From Schizochytrium sp. TIO01 (lineage: Eukaryota > Protista > Bigyra: Labyrinthulomycetes): 64,000 nt of DNA. Position 1 is the first letter of the stretch; the number at the start of each line of letters is the position of its first letter. The notes under the pieces are model-generated. The model made no database searches and had not been told where the DNA came from. It saw only the letters and a list, made by a program, of their open reading frames with translations. Below, piece after piece: positions 45,701-57,981 of this stretch. The DNA lies in assembly GCA_004764695.1 (NCBI GenBank), contig SMSO01000025.1, positions 5,248,862-5,312,861 of the forward strand, in the 5' to 3' direction. The position numbers were made by a program, and so were the translations under genes.

Positions 45701-48650
45701 TTCGTGATACTATGTACCTTGATAGGGGTGTAGAACTCAAGTTTTTCCAGGGCGGTGTGGAGGTGTCTCAAGCTATCTGCTTTATCAGGGATCCTTTATT
45801 GGTACTAGGCAGAGCAATAAATTCGCATGTGCATAGGAGTTCCAAACTAATCTTCTATTCCCGTCTTGATAGCATTATGAATATAAACATGACAGAAAAT
45901 AAATCTTGGAAAACCCTTTTTCTCATCCATCATGCGTCACACAGCAGACATTCCCAATAACCTGCCTCTTCACTTTCCCCATTCATCATTGTGGACCATG
46001 GTCATTCGACAAAATGAGGCAGCGACGTTGGCACAGGTATGCATTCATTGCTTCATGAGTTTCGTTGACAGCCTCACGAAACCGCAACAACCTAGCATAT
46101 TAATGCACATAGTCTCATGCCGCGCACACCCTGAGCCATCAGAAACGATAGCTGCTGCCAGTCAAAGCAAGCTAACAGCATTGGTGTATGTAAACGAGCA
46201 AGCAAACCTGGAGCAAACCCGGCTAGCCCTGTGTACAGCTCTGGGCGCTCTGGCATAGTCCCTTGTCTGCAAGTAGGTACCTGTATGTATGCTCCCACCA
46301 ACAGCTCTTTTGCCAAGTTCACAATGCTGTGCTGCGCAAGCTCGGCCTTTGCGGCAGCGCATGCAATGGTTTCGCGCAGAGGGACGGGCTATAAGTGTAC
46401 CCTCGATGTGTGAGAGGAGCGCCTCCTAACCACTACAGTAGCGCTGGTTAAGCGAAGTGGAATGAGGGGTTAGTGGGAGCAGGTCTGACTGACCAAGTGT
46501 GTTTCTTTCTTTGAGGTCATTCACTCATTCACTAAACTTACTTCACTTCACTTCGCTTCACTTCACGTCACTTCACTCGGTGCGGAAATGAGGATGAGAG
46601 TGAGAACGATCTTTTGTACGGAAAGCGTCGGTGTTCGTTCGCTTTTGCTTTCGGCTGCGTCAAGAAGTGTTGGAAATGGCAGGTGCACAGATGATTGTGG
46701 AGATGAACAATGAAAACATTAGTAGTTTTCTCATCGATTGGACCTATATATTGGAAACAAGGGCTTTGCGAAATCAACAATCCGCACAAGTAGACTTGAA
46801 CTTTAAAGCACTACTTCTTACTACCGACTTCATCTTTTGCTTCTTGAAAGTCAGAGTTCAAAAGTATAAACCTTTTAGAAGCTTGGGTAAGCGCCAAGAC
46901 TATGACTACTCTTGTTTGCGAGAACCTAGGTAGTTAGCTGCTTAATCCTACTTGTGCAGCTCTTTCTTTAAATCTTGAAAAGTAAGTTGTTAGCCAGCAC
47001 GACTTCGGGAAAGCTTTTCTTTAAGTTCTTCTGCCTTCTATAGATAAAATTGACATCAGATGATCATCTTCCTCCCCTTATTTTACATGTAAATAAAAAC
47101 CTAGGCAGGTATCATCATCTTTTCGGAAACCTTGCAGCGTGGCACCCTTTGAAGCCTCAAATCTACAGATCAGCGCGACAACGAAGCTGAAGTTCACAAC
47201 CAAACCATCGATTCGATGGCAATATCGATCATATCCAGCCCCCATATATAGCTAGCTACTACTTTAAAAGCAGGCAAGCAGGAGGTTTTCGAATGGATGT
47301 GGCTGGTCAATTTAAAGTTAGTCGTTCTCACTTTCACATTCACTACAGGTAGTAAGAGGTACCTAATTAAAAAATGTAAAGCACGAGGGAACTCGGAGAG
47401 CGCAAAAAAAAAAAAAAAAAAAAAATGACTCCGCTGCACTGCAAAACGCCGCATTGCAAGTTACGGACCCACGGCAGCTCAGCTTGAAGCAAATTGAAAC
47501 GCGGAAGGAGAGGACGCAGCTCTTGATTTTCTTCGGGTGACTGACTGAGTGAGGGAGTGAGGGAGTGAGTGAGTGAGGGAGGGAGGGAGTGCGAGCAACA
47601 GGAGCTTGCTGCCTGCATGTTATGCAACCGTAGATATAACAGACGTGCAGGCCACCACAGAAATTGAAATTGAGGTTAAATTGAAATTGACGGCAGCCAC
47701 GATCTTGGGAATAGATTGCTCGTTTTATTATCGATTCATGCATTTGCATTTAGAAGGGGACATGTTTATGTGGAATAAGTATCATTTGTTTATAAATATG
47801 ATAATTGATTGATCGATTGATTGATCAAGATTTAGAACAAAGTGGGCAAAAGGTGACGATCAATAAATCTGGGATTGGTTGAGGTGGAGTATCTAGGGTA
47901 GCTGCACTAATTTGGATTCGGACTTTGGGATTAAATCAACCTTGGACTGGCGATGCGACTAGCCCGCACTCGTTGCCACTGGCGACACTTTGCTCAAAAG
48001 AATCCGAGCTAACAAGCAAGCTTGCCTTCGATAGATCACCACAATTCCAAGTCTCGATGAGGTTCCTCGTTGGTTCTTTCCAAGCTCCGTTTCCTTTGTT
48101 TGCATTGATTCAAGTTACTTTTCTTTTCTTTCTTTTTACTTCTTTGTTATTTGGGTGTTTACTATTTAATCTATTTTATTTTAAAAAAATCATGTGACTG
48201 ACTACTGCTATGTTTTGGCGATTGAATTCGAGACCGGTAATGCTGGATGCAGAAAGACATTAACCTGACTCTGCAGCACTGCTTCTCGTGGAGAGTGTAG
48301 AACCACGGAAGTTATCGCGAGGTTTGCAATTGTGCTTTTGTTGCGTTCTGATACCTTGCACATTTGTAATTTATTTTCTATCTTCATAATATCAACGACG
48401 GAAGAAGAGGTGATTTTTTCCTGTTCCATTCATTCATTCATTCATTCACTCATCATATTGGCTGGTAATAATAATTGTTATTATTACTTATGTTTTTTTA
48501 TTGTTTTGTTTTTTTAAATATTTTTTTTAATTAAAAAATTGATATATATATATATTTATAAATAATGGAAAACTTCATACATTTGATGAAATTGTAATTT
48601 ATTGATAAAATGGATCGACGGCAATGATGGTGATGATGATGAAGATGATG
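40900..48650. repeat. Microsatellite-dense non-coding block
   Basis: (TCAAAT)n near 40908-40972, (GTTT)n near 41050 and 43810, (CATC)n near 41350, (CAAT)n near 41881, (TTAG)n/(TTAA)n near 42239-42277, polypyrimidine near 42400-42580, (GTC)n/(GCTGTC)n near 42690-42760, (GATA)n/(GAGT)n near 44100-44160, poly-A near 47404. Confidence 0.85.
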
Positions 48651-50501
48651 TGTACGCAGTGGCCAGTCGAAGAGGTGCCCGGTGTGACAAGCACCGGTCG
48701 CCTTTAGCCCTACGAGACAAGCCAAGCAAGTAAGCAAGCTCTCCTCAAAGACAGATGAGTGGCATTTCGGATCGAGTGATTCATTTAATTGAGGCAATTC
48801 ATGGAAATCCGAGGCTAAATAGTACCATGTTATACCATGCTCACACTTAATTCACTACTTCGTGATATCTATCTTCTCTCCAACTCTATCGATCGATCTG
48901 TCGATCGGTATATTAATGCACATTATTCGTGCAGCTGCGCATTTATAAAACTCGTTTACCATCATTAACTTCGACGAACCTGGACAAAGCAACCAGCTAG
49001 AAGCGTGATGTCAAAGCAACCAATCGAAGAGCTCTGTGGCGCTGCTTAAGCGCTTAAGCCACGTTCTTCAACTCTGTAAAAGCTTGTGGTGCCTGTCTCA
49101 TACTTAATGTAATTAACACCCTAGCCTAGCTAGTGCCTATAGTAGGTACCTACTGTGGAGGCGTTCCCAGGTTTTCATGCATGCGCACGATGGCGCATTA
49201 CTCCGCCTGGAAGCACAGCAGAGAACTGCGCGAGTTCCTGAAGTTGATCAGTATTGGTAAGTAAGTACCTAATTCCCTGCTTGAAGTTAGAGGAGAACTA
49301 GCTCGCTCATGTTAGTTTAAGAAAGGGGCGCTCTCACCACAACTTGAAGAAGCCACCAGGACTTACTTCCCAGTCAGCCTTTTGTGGTGGTTGATGAAAG
49401 ACGCAGAGACAAGCGCAAGAATTCAAGATGGGGATCGTTTCCATGATCCGGCCCCGGGCTCTGCTTGCTCGGAATTCTGTGAGTGCAAGATTTACCAGAA
49501 ATGCTCTGATTTCAAAGCCGCCCCAAAGTGTAATGTAGACAGCATCGTATCGAATACTTAATTTCTAGCTAGCTATTCTGTGGGGGTTTAAGAGGGTTTT
49601 CCAGAGATAACACAGGAAACGAAACCAAAACCAGCTCAGCGCGCACCATATGTGCATTGTGCATACTGCATACAAACTATCCTGGGCTCATCTGCCAATT
49701 GTCAGGCCAACCCTTTGCTCTTTGGCTGAAGCAGCCCCATCGCGACCTGCGATGTATGGATGACAAACGATGCTCAGCTTGAGAATTATCTGCCATAGAT
49801 TCCCTCCCTCCCACTTGCAAAAGATTGGATACCAGCAACTTTTACTAAATTCACATGAGTCTGAGAAGTAGCGCCTACCTCACCCTTTGGCAGTGCAAAG
49901 TCGCCCCAAGTTTTGGTTGTCTATGCGGAGGCTTTTCCGTATGGCTGTTGTTGATCTTCAAGTCAGTGTTGTCACCTTCGAAAAGATAACCTCATTTCGC
50001 AGCGAATTGTTTTGTGCCGTCATGAGCTTGATCGATAGTCCGCTCTTTGCAGTTGACTGACTGCCTTCTGCCATAGAACTCCCAAGGCTTTGCATTTCGC
50101 TCTGAGTCTCCACGATGACACCTCCGTTTCTGCCAATTGAGGCTTGTTGGCAGTGTCAATTGGGCCCCAAGGATAAGGACTCTTTTTTGGCAGGTAGGCA
50201 CGCACCTAGTTACCTTCAGCTCGTCAGTTTATTTCACTCCAAGCCGTCGGTTTGCTGCAAGTTCTGCGTTGGTTTTGGTGCAGCTGGTGTACCAGCGACA
50301 AGTACGGACAAACAGTCTGGGTAAAACCGCAACCAAGGCAACAAAAGACCCTCCTTGAAATGCATGCAAATCGCCACCACACACAAGTGAGAAACGCACT
50401 CCAGATCAGGATGTACTCTATCAAGCCTCGCGCAAGTGCTCGAACTTAGAGTGAAGCAGCACTAGGTTTCATGAATCAGGCGAAAATGAAATTGACAGAT
50501 T

Positions 50502-50555
50502 GAAGAAGAAGAAGAAAAAGAAGAAGAAGAAGAAGAAGAAGAAGAAGAAAAAGAA
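50502..50555. repeat. (GAA)n microsatellite
   Basis: Seen directly. Confidence 0.9.
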
Positions 50556-51007
50556 AACAAAAAGTGTCCCATCTCTTTGGCTCTAGGCTGAATGGAACTG
50601 TAGGGCCCCCAGGTTACTAAAGAAGGTAATGCAGGGAACATGGAATTGGGTTGGTGGAGATGATGAGGCGAGAGACCACAAGCGGAGGAAAGACCTCGCG
50701 AAGAGCGCAAGTAATTGAACAAGTTCGCTTTGAGAAGGCCACCCAGGCGTAAGTCCTTCAAAGACAGCCCTTTCCTAAGTGGTCCGTATCAGGTTCCGGG
50801 CTCTCAAGACTTGGTTTTGCAAAAGTTCAAGACTCATAGATCGCGAGAACCACTTAGTTGTGGTGGAGAGCGTCGAGAAGTGGCACAATTTAGTGCCCCG
50901 AGCGCGTGGAGATTATAAAAGCCTGTGGAGAAGCAACCGGGATCAAAGCAAGAACTTGCCAGTTGGACACAGGGAGACTTAACGGTGCGCTAAGTCTTTT
51001 TGAGAAA

Positions 51008-51925
51008 ATGAAGGCTCAAGAAGACAACAATGTGCAGTTTTCTGGAGCTGATCTTAAGGCTCAGCTTGCTGATGTCTTTGGATTTGGTGCGGGCTCAGGT
51101 GATGAAGACGATCAAGAAGAAGCACTTCATGATGTCCATGCAAGTTCCAAACAAGCACCCGGCCAACGTTTTGGTCTAGGTGCCGAAGATGACGAAATTA
51201 AGACCAGAGACAGTGACTCAAAGGGTGGCGAACCTGCTCGCAAGGGATTGCTGGAGAAGCTTGCCGACCGCTCAAAGCGGCAAGCGCAGAACAAAAAACG
51301 GCGCCAGCCTACCTCTGCATTTGAGGGTGTGGCCTCAGAACTCAGGGCCTGGGACGGAAGCGATGATGACGATGATGACCTCGGACTCAACAAAGCCGCT
51401 GCTGTGAAAACGAGAAAGCGAATCCGTGTAGATCCTTTGGAATCCCTCATTCAGCAAGACGCTAAAAAGGAGGGTGGTTCTTCTGCCGACATTGACACTA
51501 CCGCCTCTGCTGCTGCTACGAGCGGGGAAGACGGTCAGAGCAAGAGTACCCTCCGCAACCGCCGTCGCCGCGAAAAGAAGAAGCAAGCCGCCAAAGAAAG
51601 CAAAATTGCTCAGCCATCGACAAACGAAACTGAGGAGACGAACCAGGCTAAAGAAGAACCTGAAAAGGAATCATACCTGGCTGGAAAATCTTCGGATGTC
51701 AATAAAAAATCGAAAAACTCTGCCACCGATAAGAAGATTAAGACTGATGATGACGCGGAACACGAACAGTTCTCAGGACCTCGAGACCCAACCGCGCCGA
51801 TGCAGCCAAGCTGGCCGCGAGACAAAACTCGTCGTAAGAAGAAGCGCAGCAAACAGAAGAATTTGAAGAAGGACACAAGGCCTGTTGGTACATTTATCAA
51901 GACTTACAACAAGTACAAAGAGTAA
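51008..51925 (+). CDS. Hypothetical highly charged, disordered protein with basic C-terminal motif (probably nuclear/nucleolar)
   Basis: ORF of about 305 aa from ATG 51008; K/R/D/E-rich; ends KTRRKKKRSKQKNLKKDTRP. Confidence 0.7.
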   Translation: MKAQEDNNVQFSGADLKAQLADVFGFGAGSGDEDDQEEALHDVHASSKQAPGQRFGLGAEDDEIKTRDSDSKGGEPARKGLLEKLADRSKRQAQNKKRRQPTSAFEGVASELRAWDGSDDDDDDLGLNKAAAVKTRKRIRVDPLESLIQQDAKKEGGSSADIDTTASAAATSGEDGQSKSTLRNRRRREKKKQAAKESKIAQPSTNETEETNQAKEEPEKESYLAGKSSDVNKKSKNSATDKKIKTDDDAEHEQFSGPRDPTAPMQPSWPRDKTRRKKKRSKQKNLKKDTRPVGTFIKTYNKYKE

Positions 51926-52309
51926 ACTGCAAAGTCCACCGTGTTTTTCTCATGCGACGTAGAAACCATAAAGTACACTCTCAACGCCCCCTTCTCTTTC
52001 TTGTAGAGTATAGACATTTTAAAAAACTAGCTTTGATCGAATAAAATAAGCTTGCAACCCTCAGCAGCGTCCTATTATTGCTTCCTATTATTGCTTGTTA
52101 GCATCACCCTAACAGTAATGTTGCTTAAGAAATGGCTTGGAGAAGAAGTTGTCCTATAACTAAACTGAAAGAGAGTACCTACCAACAATAATAATAAACG
52201 GCAATTGAAAAGTCTGATATTTTAAAACTATGAATTATCTCATTCGCGCATGTTTAGAGGACCTACGATATCTCGAGCTCCTGAACAGGTTGCGTTCTAC
52301 GGCGCTTTT

Positions 52310-54160
52310 TCAACGAACTATTTTTGAGCTCAAAGACATAGAGTTGTAATCTACAAACCTTCGATTGTACGCTGTTTTAACGTAAACTAAGGCGAAAGCA
52401 AACACCATGATTGACTGTGCTGCATACCTTAAAATAAACAATTCGGGGTGTGGCGTCTTTGGAAAGGTAGCGTACTTAAATTTAGGTCCTCCAATTGTAG
52501 CAAGAACTTCTTCGCACGTCCAAGAACCACCGAGTTTTGCGCTTGACCCTACCAAAGTACAGCGAGCCCAATCCGCGAACATCTCTGCACTTTCGTCAAT
52601 ATCAAAATCTAGTAGGATATCAATAATGATGTAAATGAATGTGAATATTGTGCAAAGTGCCCCCAGTAAAGACATGTTCCGACTTAAATTGAGGACATGG
52701 GTCCTCAGAGGGGCAAGTGGGGTAGCCGAGAGCTCGGTCTGCGTGAAAATAAGGAGTTCGTGAAGCAGACTCCGTGCGTGCCAAGTCTTAAACATTATCA
52801 TCAATGATAATAAAATGAGTGGTCCTTTTAATAGAAGAATATCTGGCCCAATATCCAATCGAGGTCCACAAATATATGAATACCGTAAAAGCATACCTTG
52901 ATAATGACTTGCATCCGAGGGGTAAAATCCCTCCGCTATGTACATACAAGCACACAAGATTGCCACTCCAAATACTGTTGCAAAGAGTTTCTGCTTGCGG
53001 GCGGACTTCATAAGGCCCAGACGCGAACTACCTCCTCCATGAAATCCACGAGAAGTTCTTAACAATCGACTATGCGTATCGTTCAAATGAAGGAAAATTA
53101 CTGCGAGAATGAGCAAAATCGCATAAATAGAGCTTTGTTGGAATTTGCAAGCCAATGAAGCTGCAGGACCCATGTCAGAAGGTTCAAGAACCTCTAGTAT
53201 AACAGGCTCTTTGCACCCTGTTGGGCTGTTTGTAGAATGTCGGTAGGAGTTGATTGGGCCCACAAATCCAAACAAGCACCCCGCAAATGCAGCGACAGCC
53301 TGCAGATAAAATGCTCTCGATTTGCGAAAAGAAGCATGTTGTGGACTTTTGTGCACAATAGCCATTATGTTGTCAATTAATAGAGCACAGCAAAAAATAA
53401 AACCTAATACCCCTGGTACTCCATATAAGTATTGCATATGTTCATAGTCTGCGTTACTGTACAGAGGGTGTGGACATTGAACTTGGCAACTCCCTCCATA
53501 GAATCGAGAGAACCCTGCTTCACACTCAAGAGTAGGCATATTCAAGCAGTCAACTGCAACAATTTCGTCTGAGATGTTAAACAAAGATTGGTCTTCAGGA
53601 AACACGTATGAGGGTTGCACAACCTCCCTAATAGATGTTGGAATTTCTAAAGATAAATGTGGCCAGTGAATATCAAAATCCTCTATTGTATCGCATGCTG
53701 GAAGCCATTTAGTGGCATTTGCCCCATCACTGGAACATATGCTATGTACAGACTCACAAACCGAAGTGCAAACTGACTCAGGCACAGATACTACCTCAGA
53801 AATTGAGGAGGTAATATTGAATTGATGGCAGGCCGGCAAAAATTGTCGGCATGCCAGTTGTCGAATTGCTTCATAGCAGTTTGAAGCTGCTTCTTGGACT
53901 GTGAACTCACCCAAATAGGCCTGTAGCTCGGTCTCTATAGCGCTGATGCTTTGGCCCTCAGGAAGATAAATAAATTTGTTGTTGAGCATGTCTGCACATA
54001 GAGCATTAGATGCTGGTTGCGTGTAGCTTACACAACTTCCACTTGACACGTTTCCCAACAAGAACCGAGAATGATCAACTTGCCTTGCCATCGCATGCGG
54101 CGCGCTCGAAAGCCATGTCAGGACAACGCTTAATATCAAAAATTCCTGCTTTGACGCCAT
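52310..54160 (-). CDS. Frizzled/Smoothened-like GPCR (signal peptide + Fz cysteine-rich domain + 7TM)
   Basis: ATG 54160 with signal peptide; CRD C...C...CYEAIRQLACRQFLPAC...VCTSVCESVHSIC...C; linker CQVQCPHPLY; about 7 hydrophobic helices with Cys at the top of TM3 (CKFQQ) and in ECL2 (YICG). Confidence 0.78.
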   Translation of the reverse strand: MASKQEFLILSVVLTWLSSAPHAMARQVDHSRFLLGNVSSGSCVSYTQPASNALCADMLNNKFIYLPEGQSISAIETELQAYLGEFTVQEAASNCYEAIRQLACRQFLPACHQFNITSSISEVVSVPESVCTSVCESVHSICSSDGANATKWLPACDTIEDFDIHWPHLSLEIPTSIREVVQPSYVFPEDQSLFNISDEIVAVDCLNMPTLECEAGFSRFYGGSCQVQCPHPLYSNADYEHMQYLYGVPGVLGFIFCCALLIDNIMAIVHKSPQHASFRKSRAFYLQAVAAFAGCLFGFVGPINSYRHSTNSPTGCKEPVILEVLEPSDMGPAASLACKFQQSSIYAILLILAVIFLHLNDTHSRLLRTSRGFHGGGSSRLGLMKSARKQKLFATVFGVAILCACMYIAEGFYPSDASHYQGMLLRYSYICGPRLDIGPDILLLKGPLILLSLMIMFKTWHARSLLHELLIFTQTELSATPLAPLRTHVLNLSRNMSLLGALCTIFTFIYIIIDILLDFDIDESAEMFADWARCTLVGSSAKLGGSWTCEEVLATIGGPKFKYATFPKTPHPELFILRYAAQSIMVFAFALVYVKTAYNRRFVDYNSMSLSSKIVR

Positions 54161-56047
54161 GATGGAACCTTTTCTGATTCTTGTTTTGAAGCATGCACCA
54201 AAGACCAATGTTCGTTTGGTTTGTAATCTTGTAACAGGTGAAATTGTACCTGGCCAGGCGTACAAAAGAGCATAGGCTATTGCTGCACTGAATACTTAGA
54301 ACACACATATACCTTTCGTGTAGTGTCCCTAGCGCAGTGCACAATTTTCTCCGCCTTGTTAAAAGGTTTCCTACTGTACCTCATCAGTCACTGGGTACTC
54401 AAAGGTAAGAGGCTCCTCCTGACCTACCCATAATTACAAAATAAGTCATAAGGAGATTCCTGAATTTTTCTTCTCCGCGACGTCGTTCCGTCCGATATTT
54501 AAAATGCTTTGAAGTGAGTGTTTTTCTTCTTGTACACATCATTATATATACTACATATTATATCATACTTTGGAGTTTCAAGTTTGTAAAGTGAGAGTAC
54601 CTACACTTTTTAATTCGAATATAAAAAGAAGAAACTTTGACTATCCGTTTGTCTCACACTGAATGGGTAATAATGTACTCCTTTCCAAGGTTCAAAAGAA
54701 ACGATGAAGGCGTTTCCTGAGTCAATTCTACTGTGGCTTGACTAATTGATCGCAGAGCGTCATCAACACTTATGGCATATTTGCGTCACATGATTTTGAA
54801 AACTTTAGTGCAGAGTATCCGGAAATTGGATTTTATTTATTACAATCATGCAGCAGAAAGTCTAAGAAGCGTCCCTGATTTCCAATCTGCCAAAGGCAAG
54901 GGTAAGCAAGACCAGCTAGCCGAGGGAAGCTTACGATGAAAAAGATTAATGAAAAACGTTTCTTGGCAGTTTAGGCGGGCACAATCTGCCGCGACAACAG
55001 TGACATACAGAGAACTCGCTCTGGTGACTTGTGACAGAGTATGCTTATATAAATTATATAGATCATGTGTGGAGAGAGGATCAACTTATACATCTTATGC
55101 TGTATAAGAGATAGAGCCGCTTCTCGAGAGGTAGCTCGATTAGGAAGACCGAGATAATCGTCAGGTGGAACAGTGCACAGGGAGATGATATTCACTCTAA
55201 GAGGATACTAGTGTAAAAGCAAAAAAATGGATGAAACATTCGAGATACTATTTGAACATAATAATCATCATGTTTTATCTTGTTTAGAGGTTTTTTGGAT
55301 GCCAATCGGACTTCCGAGCGGGCGCCCCGGGATTATCGGAACTTTCGCGCGGACAGACGACTGCAAGACGAGCCGGATCAACACATTATTTTGGATAATT
55401 TTCTGTGCTCAGCAGAGACTGAAGATTGACTTGTAGACTGCGCTACGGACAGTACCGGATATATTATTCGCGTATTATCATAAATATGGTTCCTACAATC
55501 TCAAGTTTCTATTTGAAAACCTAGAATGTCGATCTCACATCATTTCATCTCGACGTGTTTTTGCACTGCTGCACTGCCTTTTGCCAGGTCAAGACTTCGC
55601 AACTCCCTCTGCATCATCCAACATTGTCAGGAAGCATTCCCTGCCCCCTTTTGCTCCACTTTGTACACAATTATGTACCACCTCCCCACCATACCTTCCC
55701 CAAGCCATAGATATCAGTAAACAACAAGGCTCCACTCCTTGTGTTGATTTACTTGCAAAATATTTCAACGGTGGGGAACCCAAGATGGCAATATTTCACT
55801 TTGCTAGCCTCTATCTGTCCCTTATCTCTCAATTGCCAAATCAAACTTTTCATACTTTAAAATCATAAACTCAAGCTAACTGAGGCTTATGCGATCATCT
55901 AATCTCATGTCACAGGCCTCTTGTAGCGGTAAAACTTCCATTCCCCCATCTGCTACCAACAGGGGCATTGCACTGTACCCGTCCGTGCACACCGGCGAAA
56001 AGCAGGCAGTTCTCCTCTCTCCCAACGGGTCTAAGCGTAACCCACAT

Positions 56048-56092
56048 ACATTACCGCAACCCACATTACCGCAACCCATAATACCGCAACCC
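56048..56092. repeat. 3 x 15-bp tandem repeat (ACATTACCGCAACCC)
   Basis: Two exact copies and one degenerate copy, no spacers. Confidence 0.85.
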
Positions 56093-56595
56093 ATTTATTC
56101 CTCAAATGGGTTGTTGTAATATGGTGACTCTCTGCGAACTCTGAAGTCAATCCTTGTGGAAAATGATGGCGCTGGATGTGTCACTGTAGCCGAACTTCTC
56201 GAACCGCCGTTCTATTTTGTGAGGGTGAGGGAGGGATTGAGAGGGGTTCTGAGTCCATAGGAGTATCCAGAGGAAGGCGCAAAGAAGGCGCGTTTCTCTA
56301 ACTAGAGGCACTGCAAGGCAACCCAAGAGAGCCCGATTCTGGTGAGCTAGCACCCCGAGTGCAGTAAATCGTAGGTAACTGATACCTACATGATGAACTC
56401 TGGTTCAACTAGCAAGCAAGCAAGCCAGCCACACAAGCACGACGTATGAAGCAGCAAACCCACAAGTAAAAGTCACCCAGAGGTTATTAAAGCGAAGAAA
56501 AAGCTGAGGTGCTGTTCTCGTTGTGGCTCTCTCGTCTGGCTGGTAAGGTCGTCGCGTATCGACTCGGTCAGATTCACTTATAAGAGTAGCGCACC

Positions 56596-57270
56596 ATGAG
56601 TGGACTCTTTGGGATGTATATGAGTGCGCTCAAGAAGAGACCATTGCCGGTCAAGACTGCAACAGGTTGCTTTGCGGCATGTGTGGGAGACGTGATTGCA
56701 CAAAAAGTGCAGTCAGGAGGAGAAGAACCGCTTGATATGCGGCGTCTTATGGCCTTTACGCTCTATGGTGCAGTGTGGACTGGTCCTGTGAACCATGTTT
56801 GGCTTGCCAGACTCGAGAGGTGGTTCCCGGCAGCAGGAGGTCGCCAAAATCTTGCTAAAAAGGTTTTTGTGCAGCAGTTTGTGTGGAGTCCCATCGTGTA
56901 CCTGCCTTCTTTCTTTGTAGCCAACAACCTTCTCCGTGGACGCAGCATTGAAGAGATGAAGGAAGATATGAGAAAGCGCTACTGGGCAACATATATTAGT
57001 TGCGTGGTGTTCTGGGTTCCAACAAATAGTATTCTCTTCGCACGTGTTCCGGAGGTTTTACAGAGCGTCACGATGGCTGGTATCAACTGCGTGTGGAATT
57101 CAATGCTTTCATTCATTGCTAATTCCCACTTTTTTGCAGACCTATTCCACGGCGAAGAGCACGTGCCACCTGCGCTCGCACCCTCTCAGCACGACCCACT
57201 TATCCCTGCGAGCCATGTGCAAAGGATGAGGCCGGATGAGTTTTCTGGTCTCCGCACGGAGGAGGTATAA
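56596..57270 (+). CDS. Mpv17/PMP22 family membrane protein
   Basis: YMSALKKRPLPVKTAT...GDVIAQ...DMRRLMAF..YG..W.GPVNHVW...L.KKVFVQQFVWSP...FWVPTNSILF..VP...WNSMLS. Confidence 0.92.
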   Translation: MSGLFGMYMSALKKRPLPVKTATGCFAACVGDVIAQKVQSGGEEPLDMRRLMAFTLYGAVWTGPVNHVWLARLERWFPAAGGRQNLAKKVFVQQFVWSPIVYLPSFFVANNLLRGRSIEEMKEDMRKRYWATYISCVVFWVPTNSILFARVPEVLQSVTMAGINCVWNSMLSFIANSHFFADLFHGEEHVPPALAPSQHDPLIPASHVQRMRPDEFSGLRTEEV

Positions 57271-57981
57271 ACGGAGACGAGTGTTGCCTCTCTTTTAACT
57301 TCGCTTTAGCCGTCCTCATTTATAGAATGCGTCGAAATCTCTTCCTTCTCATTGCAATGGCTTTGATTTTAGAGCGTGCTCGAAGCGCGGGCCAACATCT
57401 TGGTTTTGGCAATAGTGAAGTTAGTCATGTATTACCACGCCAACGTTATGTCTTCTTTGGCCTTTCGTAAGTGAGGGTAGCAGTTGGTGCACCTTCGCTT
57501 TCCTTGGGTCTTTTTTTTTTGTTTGTTTTTCTGGTGCATCTTGTTCTATCATATTTTAAAGCATTTTTTGCACCTACTTTGTCATTCGTCTTATTCACGG
57601 AAAACATTTGTACAGCAGGCCTCTTCAATCAAACAAAGTATTAAAGTATACATCAATTAATAGTAATCACAGATCGGCCAACCCTTAACATTTAAAAAAG
57701 AAACTTCTTTTAAAGACCTTGTCGCCATTTCGACACATACAACAAGCTGTTGCAGTACGTCTGTAATTTTATTCTGATGAACAAACGTTACACTTCATCC
57801 GTGTCTTTTATGCATTCCATACTTCGAGCTTTGGGGAAAATAATTTCGGAGGGGTTCCAACTCATGTTCCGTCTCAATAAGCGTCTCGGTCAGGGTTTCC
57901 TCATTAACTCCAGTTCATTGCAAAGGGGAAGGGAAAAAAATTAATATACATATTGCTGAGGTTTTAGTTTACTGGCAGGAG

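Noticed and set aside
56048-56092. 15-bp repeat as a possible CRISPR array
   Set aside because: Head-to-tail copies without spacers, in a eukaryotic context
54300-56590. Possible tRNA or snRNA in this intergenic gap
   Set aside because: No cloverleaf, A/B box or U1/U2/U4/U5/U6 signature recognised by eye; an Infernal/tRNAscan run is needed to exclude it
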